Shown here one piece after another: positions 7,619 to 16,501 of a stretch of 38,282 bases of DNA. The notes under the pieces were generated by a model, which saw only the letters and a list, made by a program, of their open reading frames with translations, made no database searches and was not told the origin of the DNA. The position numbers and the translations under genes are program-made. The stretch is from Sumerlaeia bacterium. Its GTDB lineage: Bacteria > Sumerlaeota > Sumerlaeia > SLMS01 > JAHLLQ01. The stretch is taken from NCBI GenBank assembly GCA_040219255.1, contig JAVJSW010000013.1:1-38282 (forward strand). Reading direction: 5' to 3'. How positions within the stretch are numbered: position 1 is the first letter of the stretch; every line of letters starts with the position of its first letter.

Positions 7619-9895
7619 GTGAACATGGGAATGGCCGGACCACAGACCACCATCGCGATGGAAGCGATCGAAGAGCGCTTTCGCGCTCTCCTCGACCGGG
7701 TGCTTGGCACCGACGCGGACCGCGACATGGTTCGCACGGCTTACACCTTGTCCAGCCGCATGCACACCGGCCAGATCCGTAAATCTGGAGAGCCCTACAT
7801 CGCCCACCCGCTGGAAGTCGCCCACCTGCTGGCGGACTTGCGGATGGACGCCGCCAGCATCGCCGCCGGCATCATGCACGACCTTCTGGAAGACACCGAC
7901 CTGACCATCGCCGAGTTGAAGGAAACCTTCCCCGAGGACGTCGTCAACATCGTCGAAGGCGTGACGAAAATCAGCAAGGTCCACTTCGACCATAGCCGCG
8001 AGGCTCAGGGCGAAAACCTGCGCAAGCTCCTGCTGGCCATGGCGCTCGACGTGCGCGTCATTATCGTCAAGCTCTGCGACCGCCTCCACAACATGCGCAC
8101 CCTGGAGGCCCTGCGGCCCGACCGCCGACGCGCCATCGCCCGCGAAACCATCGATGTCTACGCCCCCCTGGCCAACCGCCTCGGCATCGTCCGCATCAAA
8201 ATCGAACTCGAAGACCTCTGCATGCGCCACCTCTACCCCGAGGACTACGACTCCCTGAAGGAACTCGTGGCGATGAAGAAGGTGGAACGGGAGCGGCACA
8301 TCGCCGAAGCCCGCGACTTCCTCAAGGAATACCTGGCCGAGCACGGCTTCCCCAACGTGGAAGTCACCGGCCGCTCCAAGCACTTCTTCTCGATCTACCG
8401 GAAAATGCAGGCGCAGGACAGCAGTTTCGACCAGATCTACGATTTGAACGCGCTGCGCGTCATCGTCGATGTGGAGGACGAAAAGAAGGGCGAGTCCGAC
8501 TGTTATGGCATCATGGGCCTGATCCATGCCGCCTGGCGCCCCATCGACGGCCGATTCAAAGACTACATCGGCGCCCCCAAGGCCAACGGCTACCGCTCGA
8601 TCCACACCACCGTCCACGGCCGCGGCGGCGTCCGCACGGAAATCCAGATCCGCACCCGCGCCATGCACGATGTGGCGGAAAACGGCATCGCCGCCCACTG
8701 GGCCTACAAGGAGGGCCGCAAGAATCTGGAGAAGGACGGCCGCCTGAAGTGGCTCCGCCAGATGACCGAGTGGATCACCGACGCCGGCGACCCGCGCAGC
8801 TTCCTCGATGGCCTGAAAAAAGACGTCTTCGCCGACATCGTTCTCTGCTTCACGCCCCGCGGCGACGTGCACGAACTGCCCGCCGGCGCCACCCCGGTGG
8901 ACTTCGCCTACGCCATCCACACCGAGGTGGGCAACAAATGCGTCGGCGCCAAGGTCAACAACCGCATCGCGTCGCTCAACACCCAGCTCGCCCACGCCGA
9001 CATCGTCGAGATCCTGACCAGCGAGCAGGGCCACCCGAGCCGCGACTGGCTCGACGTCGCCGTCACCAACCGCGCCCGTTCCAAGATCAAGCACTGGCTC
9101 AAGAGCAAAGAAGCGGACCGCTACGTCGCCGAAGGCCGCGCCTCCCTGGAGCGCCTTCTCGCCGAACGCAATATCGACGTCACCAAAGCGGAGCTGGACC
9201 AGGCCCTCGAGCGCCTCCTCCAGCCCTACCGGATGAAGACCGTGGAGGATGTCCTGTCGGAGATCGGCTTTGGCAGCATCTCCACCACGGCCGCCCTGAC
9301 ACGTATGAACCCGGAGTGGGGCAATAAGCGCCGGAAACTTCGCCAATCCTTCCCCATCATCCAGGAAGACGGCACGGAAGAACCGGTCGCGCCCAAGCGC
9401 CGCCGCTCGCCCCAACTCGGCCCCGTCCTGATCGACGGCCAGGACAGCATCGAAGTCAACTTCGCCAAGTGCTGCGCGCCCCTCCCCGGCATGCCCATCG
9501 TCGGCTTCTCCACCAACCGGGGCATGATCGTTCACCACGCCAAATGCCAGCACGTCGAACCCATGCTGGCCGACGACGAGCAGCGCAAAAAATTCCGCGA
9601 CGCCCGATGGAACAATTCCGCCCCCATCAACCACACGGTCAAGCTGCGGGTCGAATCCTACGACCGGGGCGGTTTGCTGAGCGACGTGACCGGGGAAATG
9701 AAAAAGCGCAACCTCTTCATCCTCCAGTGCCATACGCGCTCGAACAAGGAGGACGGCACCGCGGTCCTGGAGTTCGAAGTCGACATCGCCGATGTTGCGC
9801 AGTTGAATGACGTGCTTGCATCATTGCGGCGCGTGCGCAATGTGGTCAGCGCCCAATACATGCCCGGCCCGATCGAGGAAAACCGCTCGATCTGA
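7619..9895 (+). CDS. rel: Bifunctional (p)ppGpp synthetase/hydrolase, long RSH
   Basis: RKSGEPY, intact HD (MHDLLEDT), DRLHNMRTL, RFKDY, NGYRSIHT, TGS (TPVDFAYAIHT), CC zinc region, ACT. Confidence 0.97.
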   Translation: MNMGMAGPQTTIAMEAIEERFRALLDRVLGTDADRDMVRTAYTLSSRMHTGQIRKSGEPYIAHPLEVAHLLADLRMDAASIAAGIMHDLLEDTDLTIAELKETFPEDVVNIVEGVTKISKVHFDHSREAQGENLRKLLLAMALDVRVIIVKLCDRLHNMRTLEALRPDRRRAIARETIDVYAPLANRLGIVRIKIELEDLCMRHLYPEDYDSLKELVAMKKVERERHIAEARDFLKEYLAEHGFPNVEVTGRSKHFFSIYRKMQAQDSSFDQIYDLNALRVIVDVEDEKKGESDCYGIMGLIHAAWRPIDGRFKDYIGAPKANGYRSIHTTVHGRGGVRTEIQIRTRAMHDVAENGIAAHWAYKEGRKNLEKDGRLKWLRQMTEWITDAGDPRSFLDGLKKDVFADIVLCFTPRGDVHELPAGATPVDFAYAIHTEVGNKCVGAKVNNRIASLNTQLAHADIVEILTSEQGHPSRDWLDVAVTNRARSKIKHWLKSKEADRYVAEGRASLERLLAERNIDVTKAELDQALERLLQPYRMKTVEDVLSEIGFGSISTTAALTRMNPEWGNKRRKLRQSFPIIQEDGTEEPVAPKRRRSPQLGPVLIDGQDSIEVNFAKCCAPLPGMPIVGFSTNRGMIVHHAKCQHVEPMLADDEQRKKFRDARWNNSAPINHTVKLRVESYDRGGLLSDVTGEMKKRNLFILQCHTRSNKEDGTAVLEFEVDIADVAQLNDVLASLRRVRNVVSAQYMPGPIEENRSI

Positions 9896-10040
9896 GGCCC
9901 CGTCTGGCCCCGCAACCCGCCGGCGGGGGAGCACCGTGTCATGAAGGCACGATTGCCGCTTGCGGCGGTCACAGTCCCTGTGGCCACACTGCCGCCGCTC
10001 GAGACGCAAATTCTCCCCCATTGATGGAGGCAAGAGTCCC

Positions 10041-10442
10041 TTGTCGAAAACCTTTTCCCCGCTTCGCATCTCCTTCCTCGGAACCCTGGCGCTCGGTCTG
10101 ATGCTTGCCGCCGGCTGCAAGAGCAACATCGCTCCCGGCACCTTCCACGTGGAATTGGCGAACGACAGCCGGGTCCTGGCCCGCGACATCCGCATGGAGT
10201 ACGGCGAGCAGTATGCCACCGTCGAAACGCTGGCCCCGGGCGAGTCCTACGGCCCGATTATCTTCAACGCCTCGGACGACGACGCCTTCTTGGTCAATTA
10301 CGTCGATGAGTACGGCAATCAGCGCACCAAGGAAATGAAGCTCACCATGCAGCCCACCTTCCGCGGCAAAGGCGAGTTCCGCGTCGTCGAAAACGGCCGC
10401 ATGGACGCCCGCGCCCAGGTCCGCGTCGAGTACGACCGCTAA
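10041..10442 (+). CDS. Hypothetical lipoprotein
   Basis: TTG start after GGAGG; hydrophobic signal and lipobox LAAGC. Confidence 0.7.
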   Translation: MSKTFSPLRISFLGTLALGLMLAAGCKSNIAPGTFHVELANDSRVLARDIRMEYGEQYATVETLAPGESYGPIIFNASDDDAFLVNYVDEYGNQRTKEMKLTMQPTFRGKGEFRVVENGRMDARAQVRVEYDR

Positions 10443-10501
10443 CCCCGCGCCCCCCATTGTCCCCACCTATTCACCCACCACAACCTCTTTAGGAGTTCTT
10501 C

Positions 10502-11476
10502 ATGCCTGCGACCCGCTACGTCCTTGGTGTTGACGGAGGAGGCACCAAGACGGTCGGTGCCATCATGAACGGCGACGGCCAGATGCTGGCCCGCGAAGTC
10601 TTCCCCTCGTCCAATCCCCATTCAAACGACCGCGCCGCCGTGGCCGATGTGTTGCAGACGCTGGTCAGCAGCCTCTGCGAGCGCGCCCGCATCACCCCCG
10701 CCGACATCGACGCCGTCTGCATGGGACTGGCCGGCTGCGACTCGCCCAAGGAACGGGAAATGATCACCGGCCTCGTCGCCCCCGCCCTCGATCCCCGCAC
10801 CCGCCTCCTCATCGTCAACGACGCCGTCGTCGCCATGGTGGCGGTGCTCGGCGAACTGCACGGAATCCTGGTTATCGCCGGCACCGGATCGATTTGCCTC
10901 GGGCACCACCGAGCCACCGGCCGCACGACCCGCGCCGGCGGCTGGGGTCATCTGCTCAGCGACGAAGGCAGCGGCTACCTCATCGGTCTCGGCGCTCTCC
11001 AGGCCGTGATGCGCGCCTTCGACGGCCGCGGAGAATCCACCTCGCTGACGGCCCGCGTCTTCGACCGCCTGGAGTGCAAGGAAGCCCGCGACATCATCAC
11101 CTGGACCTATCGCGACGCCGCCTTCAAGACCCGCATCGCCGCCCTTTCGCCTCTCGTAATGGAAGAAGACGAAAAGGGCGACGCCGTCGCGGGCGCCATC
11201 CTGGACACGGAAGCGGCCAAGCTGGCGGAATGCGTGGAATCCGTCCACCGCCGCATGTTCGGCGCCGAAGCCCCGGAAGACGAAGGCAGCGACTCTCCGG
11301 TCAAGATCGGCCTTTGGGGCGGCAACCTGGTCCACGGCAAACGCTACCGCGAGCGCTTCGTCAAACTGCTGGCGGACTCGGCCCTGCCCGTCGTTCCCGT
11401 GGTCGACCAACAGGCGGAAGCGGTGCTGGGGGCGTGCAGACACGCCATCAACAGCATGGCCGAGGTCGAAGAATAA
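10502..11476 (+). CDS. BadF/BadG/BcrA/BcrD ATPase family, N-acetylglucosamine/MurNAc kinase-like
   Basis: GVDGGGTKT, VND, AGTGS, GGWGHLLSDEGSG; AGGAG RBS. Confidence 0.9.
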   Translation: MPATRYVLGVDGGGTKTVGAIMNGDGQMLAREVFPSSNPHSNDRAAVADVLQTLVSSLCERARITPADIDAVCMGLAGCDSPKEREMITGLVAPALDPRTRLLIVNDAVVAMVAVLGELHGILVIAGTGSICLGHHRATGRTTRAGGWGHLLSDEGSGYLIGLGALQAVMRAFDGRGESTSLTARVFDRLECKEARDIITWTYRDAAFKTRIAALSPLVMEEDEKGDAVAGAILDTEAAKLAECVESVHRRMFGAEAPEDEGSDSPVKIGLWGGNLVHGKRYRERFVKLLADSALPVVPVVDQQAEAVLGACRHAINSMAEVEE

Positions 11477-11741
11477 AAGCGGGCATGGGGGCGGATTCTC
11501 CTTGAATCGCCCGGTGCGGCTTGCCTTAGAACTCACCCCTTGCAACCAGGCGTCCGTTCAGGTACGTACGCCAGCGGATTTTTGCACCCTGGTCGCCAGG
11601 ACGCGGCAAGATATTCGCAACCCTTCGGACCGTTCCCAACCCAGCGCCGTCCGCCCGCCCGGCGGACCCCGTGCCCTTGGGGCCGATTCGAACGCCAACC
11701 GATCGCATTCAATACGGGATCCAATTTAGGGGAATCGCAAC

Positions 11742-12527
11742 ATGATGAAATTCCAACGGGGCGAGACCGTCGTCGAGCCCAGCATCGGCATCTGCCAAGT
11801 CGGCGGCCTGACCATGAAGCATGTGGACGGCAAAGACCGCGTGCTCTACATCTTCAACACGGGGAACGCCCAAATCCTCGTGCCGGAAGACCAGGTCGAA
11901 AAGCGGGGCATCCGCCCCCCGATGAGCCGCGACGATGTCAAGCGCGTGCTGGCCGCTCTCAAGCAGCCCGCCTCCCCCAACCGCAGCGATGCCCGTCTGC
12001 AATACATCAACTACCGCGAAATCATGAAGTCCGGCGACCCCGGCAAAATCACCCGCCTCCTGCGCGATCTCTACATCCTCGATCAGTCCGACGACCTGAA
12101 GGGCAAAGAGAAGGAGATCATGGAGCAGGCCAAGAAGTTCCTCATCGAGGAAATCTCCTACGTCCGCGAAATCTCCAAGGGCAACGCCCAGGAAACCATC
12201 ATCGAAGCCCTCAAGCAGATGTACAAGAAGAAGCAGGCCAAGGACAAAGAAAAGGCCAAGAAGTCCGGCGCCAACGTCCCCATGAGCATCCTCGGCTACG
12301 ACGAGGACGAGGAAGGACCCCTGGAAGGCGCCGATACCGCCAGCGACACCCAGGAAAGCAAAGAGAAATCCAAGGCTTCCGCCTCCGAGTACGACGAAGA
12401 CGAATTCGAAGAGGATGAGGACGAGGAAGAAAAGCCCAAGGCCAAATCGGACGATGACGACGGGGACGACGACGACGACAGCGAAGAAGCAGAAGTCTTC
12501 GACGAAGACGAGGACGACGAGGAGTAA
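11742..12527 (+). CDS. CarD/CdnL-family RNA-polymerase-binding regulator with acidic C-terminal tail
   Basis: FQRGETVVEPSIGICQV (CarD RID-like), ILVP...GIR, MKSGD...EIS; D/E-rich tail. Confidence 0.8.
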   Translation: MMKFQRGETVVEPSIGICQVGGLTMKHVDGKDRVLYIFNTGNAQILVPEDQVEKRGIRPPMSRDDVKRVLAALKQPASPNRSDARLQYINYREIMKSGDPGKITRLLRDLYILDQSDDLKGKEKEIMEQAKKFLIEEISYVREISKGNAQETIIEALKQMYKKKQAKDKEKAKKSGANVPMSILGYDEDEEGPLEGADTASDTQESKEKSKASASEYDEDEFEEDEDEEEKPKAKSDDDDGDDDDDSEEAEVFDEDEDDEE

Positions 12528-12563
12528 GGCGGGCGTCTCGCCACTTCCCCTGAAACACTAAAG

Positions 12564-12611
12564 AGCGCCGGCTCAAGCCTCATTGGCAAGAGCCGGCGCT
12601 TCAACTTTTTT
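12564..12611 (+). terminator. Rho-independent terminator (possibly bidirectional)
   Basis: 11-bp perfect stem AGCGCCGGCTC/GAGCCGGCGCT followed by TCAACTTTTTT, between convergent genes. Confidence 0.7.
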
Positions 12612-13599
12612 ACCGCGCCTCCCAGCCCGTCGGCGGCGTGTTGTTCTTGCGCGGCGAAGGCTTTGGCAGAGGCTCGAAATCGCCGGTGCCGTTGGGAACG
12701 CGGCCCTCGCTGATATCGGCTGTTTGGGCGCCGAAGGTGACCACGTCGATGAGCTGGACCTGGAATTCGGCGCGGTCGAACAGGCCGATGGACTCGCCAT
12801 TGGCGGAGAGGCCGAAGCCCGTGTGGAGCGGCCCTTGCAGCACGTCGTTGTCGGCCCACAGCAGCAGATACCCGCCCGCCGGGATCACGGTGCCGGCGGG
12901 AAGCTCGAACTTCTGGGGCTCGGTGTCCGGGTCGTCGCTGACGAAAAAGCCGGAGACATCGAGTGGTTCGGACGCGAGGTTGTGCAACTCGATCCAGTCG
13001 GCAAATTCGCCTCCTTCGTCGGTGATGGTGCTCTGGTTGCTGGCCATGAATTCGTTGATGACGACGCGCGGCGGTTGACGCAGTTCGCCGCAGCCCGGTC
13101 CGAAGCGCTGGGCGTTGGGAGCCAGCGGCGTCGGCGTCTCGGTGCAATTGGTCGCCGCCGCGCCATCGGGAAAGCGCCCGTAGGCGATGTCGTCGCCGAG
13201 CGGCGGGAAAACCATCCGGTCCGCTTCCACAGCGTCCGGGCCGAACAGGAAAACCGTCTCGCCATCGGCCCGCAGGCGGAACGGCGCGTGGAGTTCGCCC
13301 TGGAGCGGTTCGTCGTCCGCCCAGACAAGAAGGTGCCCCTTGGCGGCGATGCGCGTCCCGGCGGGAAAGGAGAAGAGCCGGGGTTGAGAAAGGTCGTCGG
13401 TGAGGCTGTAGCCGGAAAGGCCGATCTCCTGCGAGCCCGCGTTGTACAACTCGATCCAATCGTCGCGGTCGCCGTTTTCATCGGTCAGACCGGTGTCATT
13501 GGAGGGCAGGACTTCATTGATGAGGATTTGGGCGGGGGCGGCCGATGACAGAGAAAGGGCGGCGAGGAGAAGAAAAATGGGAGGAGTTGTTGCTGACAT
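12610..13599 (-). CDS. Secreted protein with two tandem lamin-tail domains (LTD)
   Basis: Signal peptide; repeated INE...DWIELxN...LxG..LxDD...LLxWAD...FxL...GE...YGR/EGR. Confidence 0.85.
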   Translation of the reverse strand: MSATTPPIFLLLAALSLSSAAPAQILINEVLPSNDTGLTDENGDRDDWIELYNAGSQEIGLSGYSLTDDLSQPRLFSFPAGTRIAAKGHLLVWADDEPLQGELHAPFRLRADGETVFLFGPDAVEADRMVFPPLGDDIAYGRFPDGAAATNCTETPTPLAPNAQRFGPGCGELRQPPRVVINEFMASNQSTITDEGGEFADWIELHNLASEPLDVSGFFVSDDPDTEPQKFELPAGTVIPAGGYLLLWADNDVLQGPLHTGFGLSANGESIGLFDRAEFQVQLIDVVTFGAQTADISEGRVPNGTGDFEPLPKPSPRKNNTPPTGWEAR

Positions 13600-13736
13600 G
13601 GGATTCTGTATTGTCCTAAACTAATCGAAATCCAACGGAGCGTTGGAACGCTTTTCAGCGATGATGCTTGCCACGAGAGGTTGTGTGGCGCATACTGGGA
13701 AGTTGACTCGCGGAGGAGTTGTCTTTCGAAACCGCC

Positions 13737-14507
13737 ATGATCCCGTCTCTCGGCTTGCCGTTTTTTTCCCGCTTCGAGTGCAAATACCTCGTGAGTGAGG
13801 CTATGGCGCAAGAGCTTCGCCAGCGCTTGCGTTACTTTATGGTGCTCGACTCCTTCTGTGCCAAGTCCGAAGACTTCAGTTACCTCAACACCAGCCTTTA
13901 TTTCGACTCACCCGATTACCAATGCCGCGAAGCCACGGACCAGGGCGCGAAGAATCGCTTCAAGATCCGCCTGCGCTGGTACGACGATGCCCCCGGCACG
14001 CCGCTCTACCTGGAGGAGAAGCGGCGGACGACGGACGCCATCTCGAAGAGCCGTGTCAAAATGCACCACGAGGCGTTGGCGAGTCTCACCGCCGGGCGCA
14101 TGCCCCGCGCCTCCATGGTGCTCGACGAAAGCCAGGAGGCCTTGGCGGAGGCGCGCCGCCTCTCCGACAAAATGCTGGCCATGCGGGCCCGCCCCGCCTG
14201 CTATGTGCGCTATCGCCGGGAAGCCTGGGCCGGCAAGGAATCGGCCAAATATGTCCGGGCCACTTTCGACCGCGCGCTCGAGGGCCACGCGCCCCTCGAT
14301 GCGCACGGGCGCTTTTCCTTTGCCCGCGCTACCGATCCGGGATGGATTCCCTCTGGGGAACGGCGCGTCATCTTCGAAGTGAAGTTCGAAAGCGCCATGC
14401 CCCCCTGGCTCCAGAACACGGTGCGCGATTTCGCCCTTCGCCGCGTCTCCGTTCCCAAGTATCTGCTTTGTCTGGACGCCATCGAGTCCGCCCCCCGCCG
14501 CCTCTGA
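13737..14507 (+). CDS. VTC / polyphosphate-polymerase-domain (CYTH fold) protein
   Basis: RFECKY, SLYFDS, KIRLRWY, LEEK, YRREA, RATFD, FEVKF, PKY. Confidence 0.85.
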   Translation: MIPSLGLPFFSRFECKYLVSEAMAQELRQRLRYFMVLDSFCAKSEDFSYLNTSLYFDSPDYQCREATDQGAKNRFKIRLRWYDDAPGTPLYLEEKRRTTDAISKSRVKMHHEALASLTAGRMPRASMVLDESQEALAEARRLSDKMLAMRARPACYVRYRREAWAGKESAKYVRATFDRALEGHAPLDAHGRFSFARATDPGWIPSGERRVIFEVKFESAMPPWLQNTVRDFALRRVSVPKYLLCLDAIESAPRRL

Positions 14508-14519
14508 GCGACCCACCCC

Positions 14520-15206
14520 ATGAACACCGTCACCGACTTTCTCAATTCCGTTCCCTCGCCCCTTGGCGCTCCCGGTATCGCCACGATCCTGGCCTCGCTC
14601 CTGTTCGCCCTGTTCGTCGGCCAGGCCATCGCCTGGGTCTACCTGCGCACCCACAGCGGCGCCTCCTACAGCCGCTCCTTCGTCCAGTCGCTCGTCCTGA
14701 TCGCCATCATCGTCACCCTGGTCATGGTCATCGTCGGCAACAACGTCGTCGTCGCCTTCGGCCTGATCGGCGCCTTGGCGGTCATCCGCTTCCGCAACGT
14801 CCTCAAGGACACGCGCGACACCGCCTACATTTTTATGGAACTGGCGGTCGGCCTCGGTTCGGGAACGGGAAATTTCAAGGCCGTCCTGGTCGGCGCCCTC
14901 GTCTTCGGGGCGGTCATGTTCTACATGTCCGTGACCGAGTTCGGCTCGCGCCACCTGCATGACGCGCTGCTGCGGTTCGAAGCCACCGTCGGCGAGAACC
15001 CCGCCTTCGAACCCATCCTCGATCGCCATTGTCTCAAAGCCAAGGTGGTCAGCCAGCGTTCGGACGTCGACGGTGTGATGGACTACGCCTTCGAACTGGT
15101 GCTGCGGGATCCGGGCCGCAGCTCCGAACTGGTGGAGGATTTGCGCCTGGCCCAAGGAATTGGCGGTGTTTCGCTGTTGATGGAAACGGAACAATCGGAA
15201 GTTTAG
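14520..15206 (+). CDS. DUF4956 membrane protein
   Basis: YSRSFVQSL, AFGLIGALAVIRFRNVLKDTRD; usual neighbour of VTC genes. Confidence 0.88.
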   Translation: MNTVTDFLNSVPSPLGAPGIATILASLLFALFVGQAIAWVYLRTHSGASYSRSFVQSLVLIAIIVTLVMVIVGNNVVVAFGLIGALAVIRFRNVLKDTRDTAYIFMELAVGLGSGTGNFKAVLVGALVFGAVMFYMSVTEFGSRHLHDALLRFEATVGENPAFEPILDRHCLKAKVVSQRSDVDGVMDYAFELVLRDPGRSSELVEDLRLAQGIGGVSLLMETEQSEV

Positions 15207-15247
15207 AACTTCACTGTTTCACCTTCTTCCTGTTTAGGAATACGTTG

Positions 15248-16501
15248 ATGAGCAAAGATACGACGCAGACGATCCCCATCCCCCTCAAGCGGCGCTTTCG
15301 CACGTTCCGACTGACCATTCTGCCCATTCTCATCTGGGTGGGCGTCGGTGCGAGCAGTTACTTGATCGCGACGCGGGGAAGCCGCACCGCCGGGGTGGAG
15401 GGGGTTGTGGAGGCGCAGCAAACGGATCTGGCAGCCATTCACGAAGGAACGATCGATCAAATCGCGGTACGCGCCTATTCTTTCATTCCAAAAGGAGCGA
15501 TCATCGCCAGCCTCGACACCGCGGACATCGATCAGGAATTGGCGGTTCTGGATCGGGAAGCCGCTCGGGTGCGCGCCCTCCTGCTTTCCGAGCGGGCGAG
15601 CCACGAAGCCTCGCGCCGCGACGAACAACAGGAACGGGTGATGGACGCCCGGCGCCTGGCCCTCGATTCGGAGCAGGCGCGCATGCAAACCTTCGACCGC
15701 CTGATCCAACTCGAGTCCGACCGTATCGAACTGCGGCGCCTGACCACGGAGCGGGATCGGCAGGAACGCCTTGCCAGCATCGGCACCGACACCCGCGCCG
15801 ACATGGAAGACGCCACCTATCGGGCGGAAGCGCTGGAGCGGGCGATTCGCGAGCAGGAGTCGGCATTGGAGGAAGCGCGCCGCCAACAGGATCTGGCGGA
15901 TGCGCGGCTGGCGGAGTACACTTCCGAAGATCGTTCGCTTGGCGTCGCGCCGGTGGAGGCGATTCTCGCACCGCTGGAGCGCGAGCTGGACGTCATCGAA
16001 GCGCAGCGGGCGCTGCTGGAGATGCGGCGGTCCCAGCGGGTTCTGCGGGCGCCCCACTCGGGCGTCGTGACCCAACTGTTCGCCGGCGAAGGCGAGTCGG
16101 TCCTGCGCGGCCAGATCGTGGCCAGCGTGGCCAAGGCGCAGGCCCAGACGGTGACGGCTTACCTGGACGAGCGGGCGGGCGCCCGGGACGTTCTCTTGGG
16201 CGACCGCGTCGTGGTGCGCCCCCGCCGCGAAGGCGCCACCGGCTCCGCCGCCGGCACCGTGACGGCCTTGGGGCCAGTGATGGTGCCACTGCCAGAGCGG
16301 TTTCTGCGCGATCCCCAACGGATGGAGTACGCCCGGCCGGTGGAAATCCGGTTGGCCGCGGGGCATGAACTGATGCCCGGAGAACGCGTGACGGTCAAGT
16401 TTGTGGGGGGGCGGCCGGACCTGGGAACCGGCGCCAGCGCCTCAGGCATTGCTCGCGGCGGCGGTCTGGATGCGGGCGAGACCAAAGGGACCGTCCGGTA
16501 G
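15248..16501 (+). CDS. HlyD-family periplasmic adaptor / membrane fusion protein
   Basis: N-terminal TM, long coiled coil, LRAPHSGVV lipoyl half-motif, LMPGERV. Confidence 0.8.
   Translation: MSKDTTQTIPIPLKRRFRTFRLTILPILIWVGVGASSYLIATRGSRTAGVEGVVEAQQTDLAAIHEGTIDQIAVRAYSFIPKGAIIASLDTADIDQELAVLDREAARVRALLLSERASHEASRRDEQQERVMDARRLALDSEQARMQTFDRLIQLESDRIELRRLTTERDRQERLASIGTDTRADMEDATYRAEALERAIREQESALEEARRQQDLADARLAEYTSEDRSLGVAPVEAILAPLERELDVIEAQRALLEMRRSQRVLRAPHSGVVTQLFAGEGESVLRGQIVASVAKAQAQTVTAYLDERAGARDVLLGDRVVVRPRREGATGSAAGTVTALGPVMVPLPERFLRDPQRMEYARPVEIRLAAGHELMPGERVTVKFVGGRPDLGTGASASGIARGGGLDAGETKGTVR

Noticed and set aside
12390-12525. GAC/GAG/GAA trinucleotide-rich repeat
   Set aside because: Simply encodes the acidic tail of the CarD-like protein.
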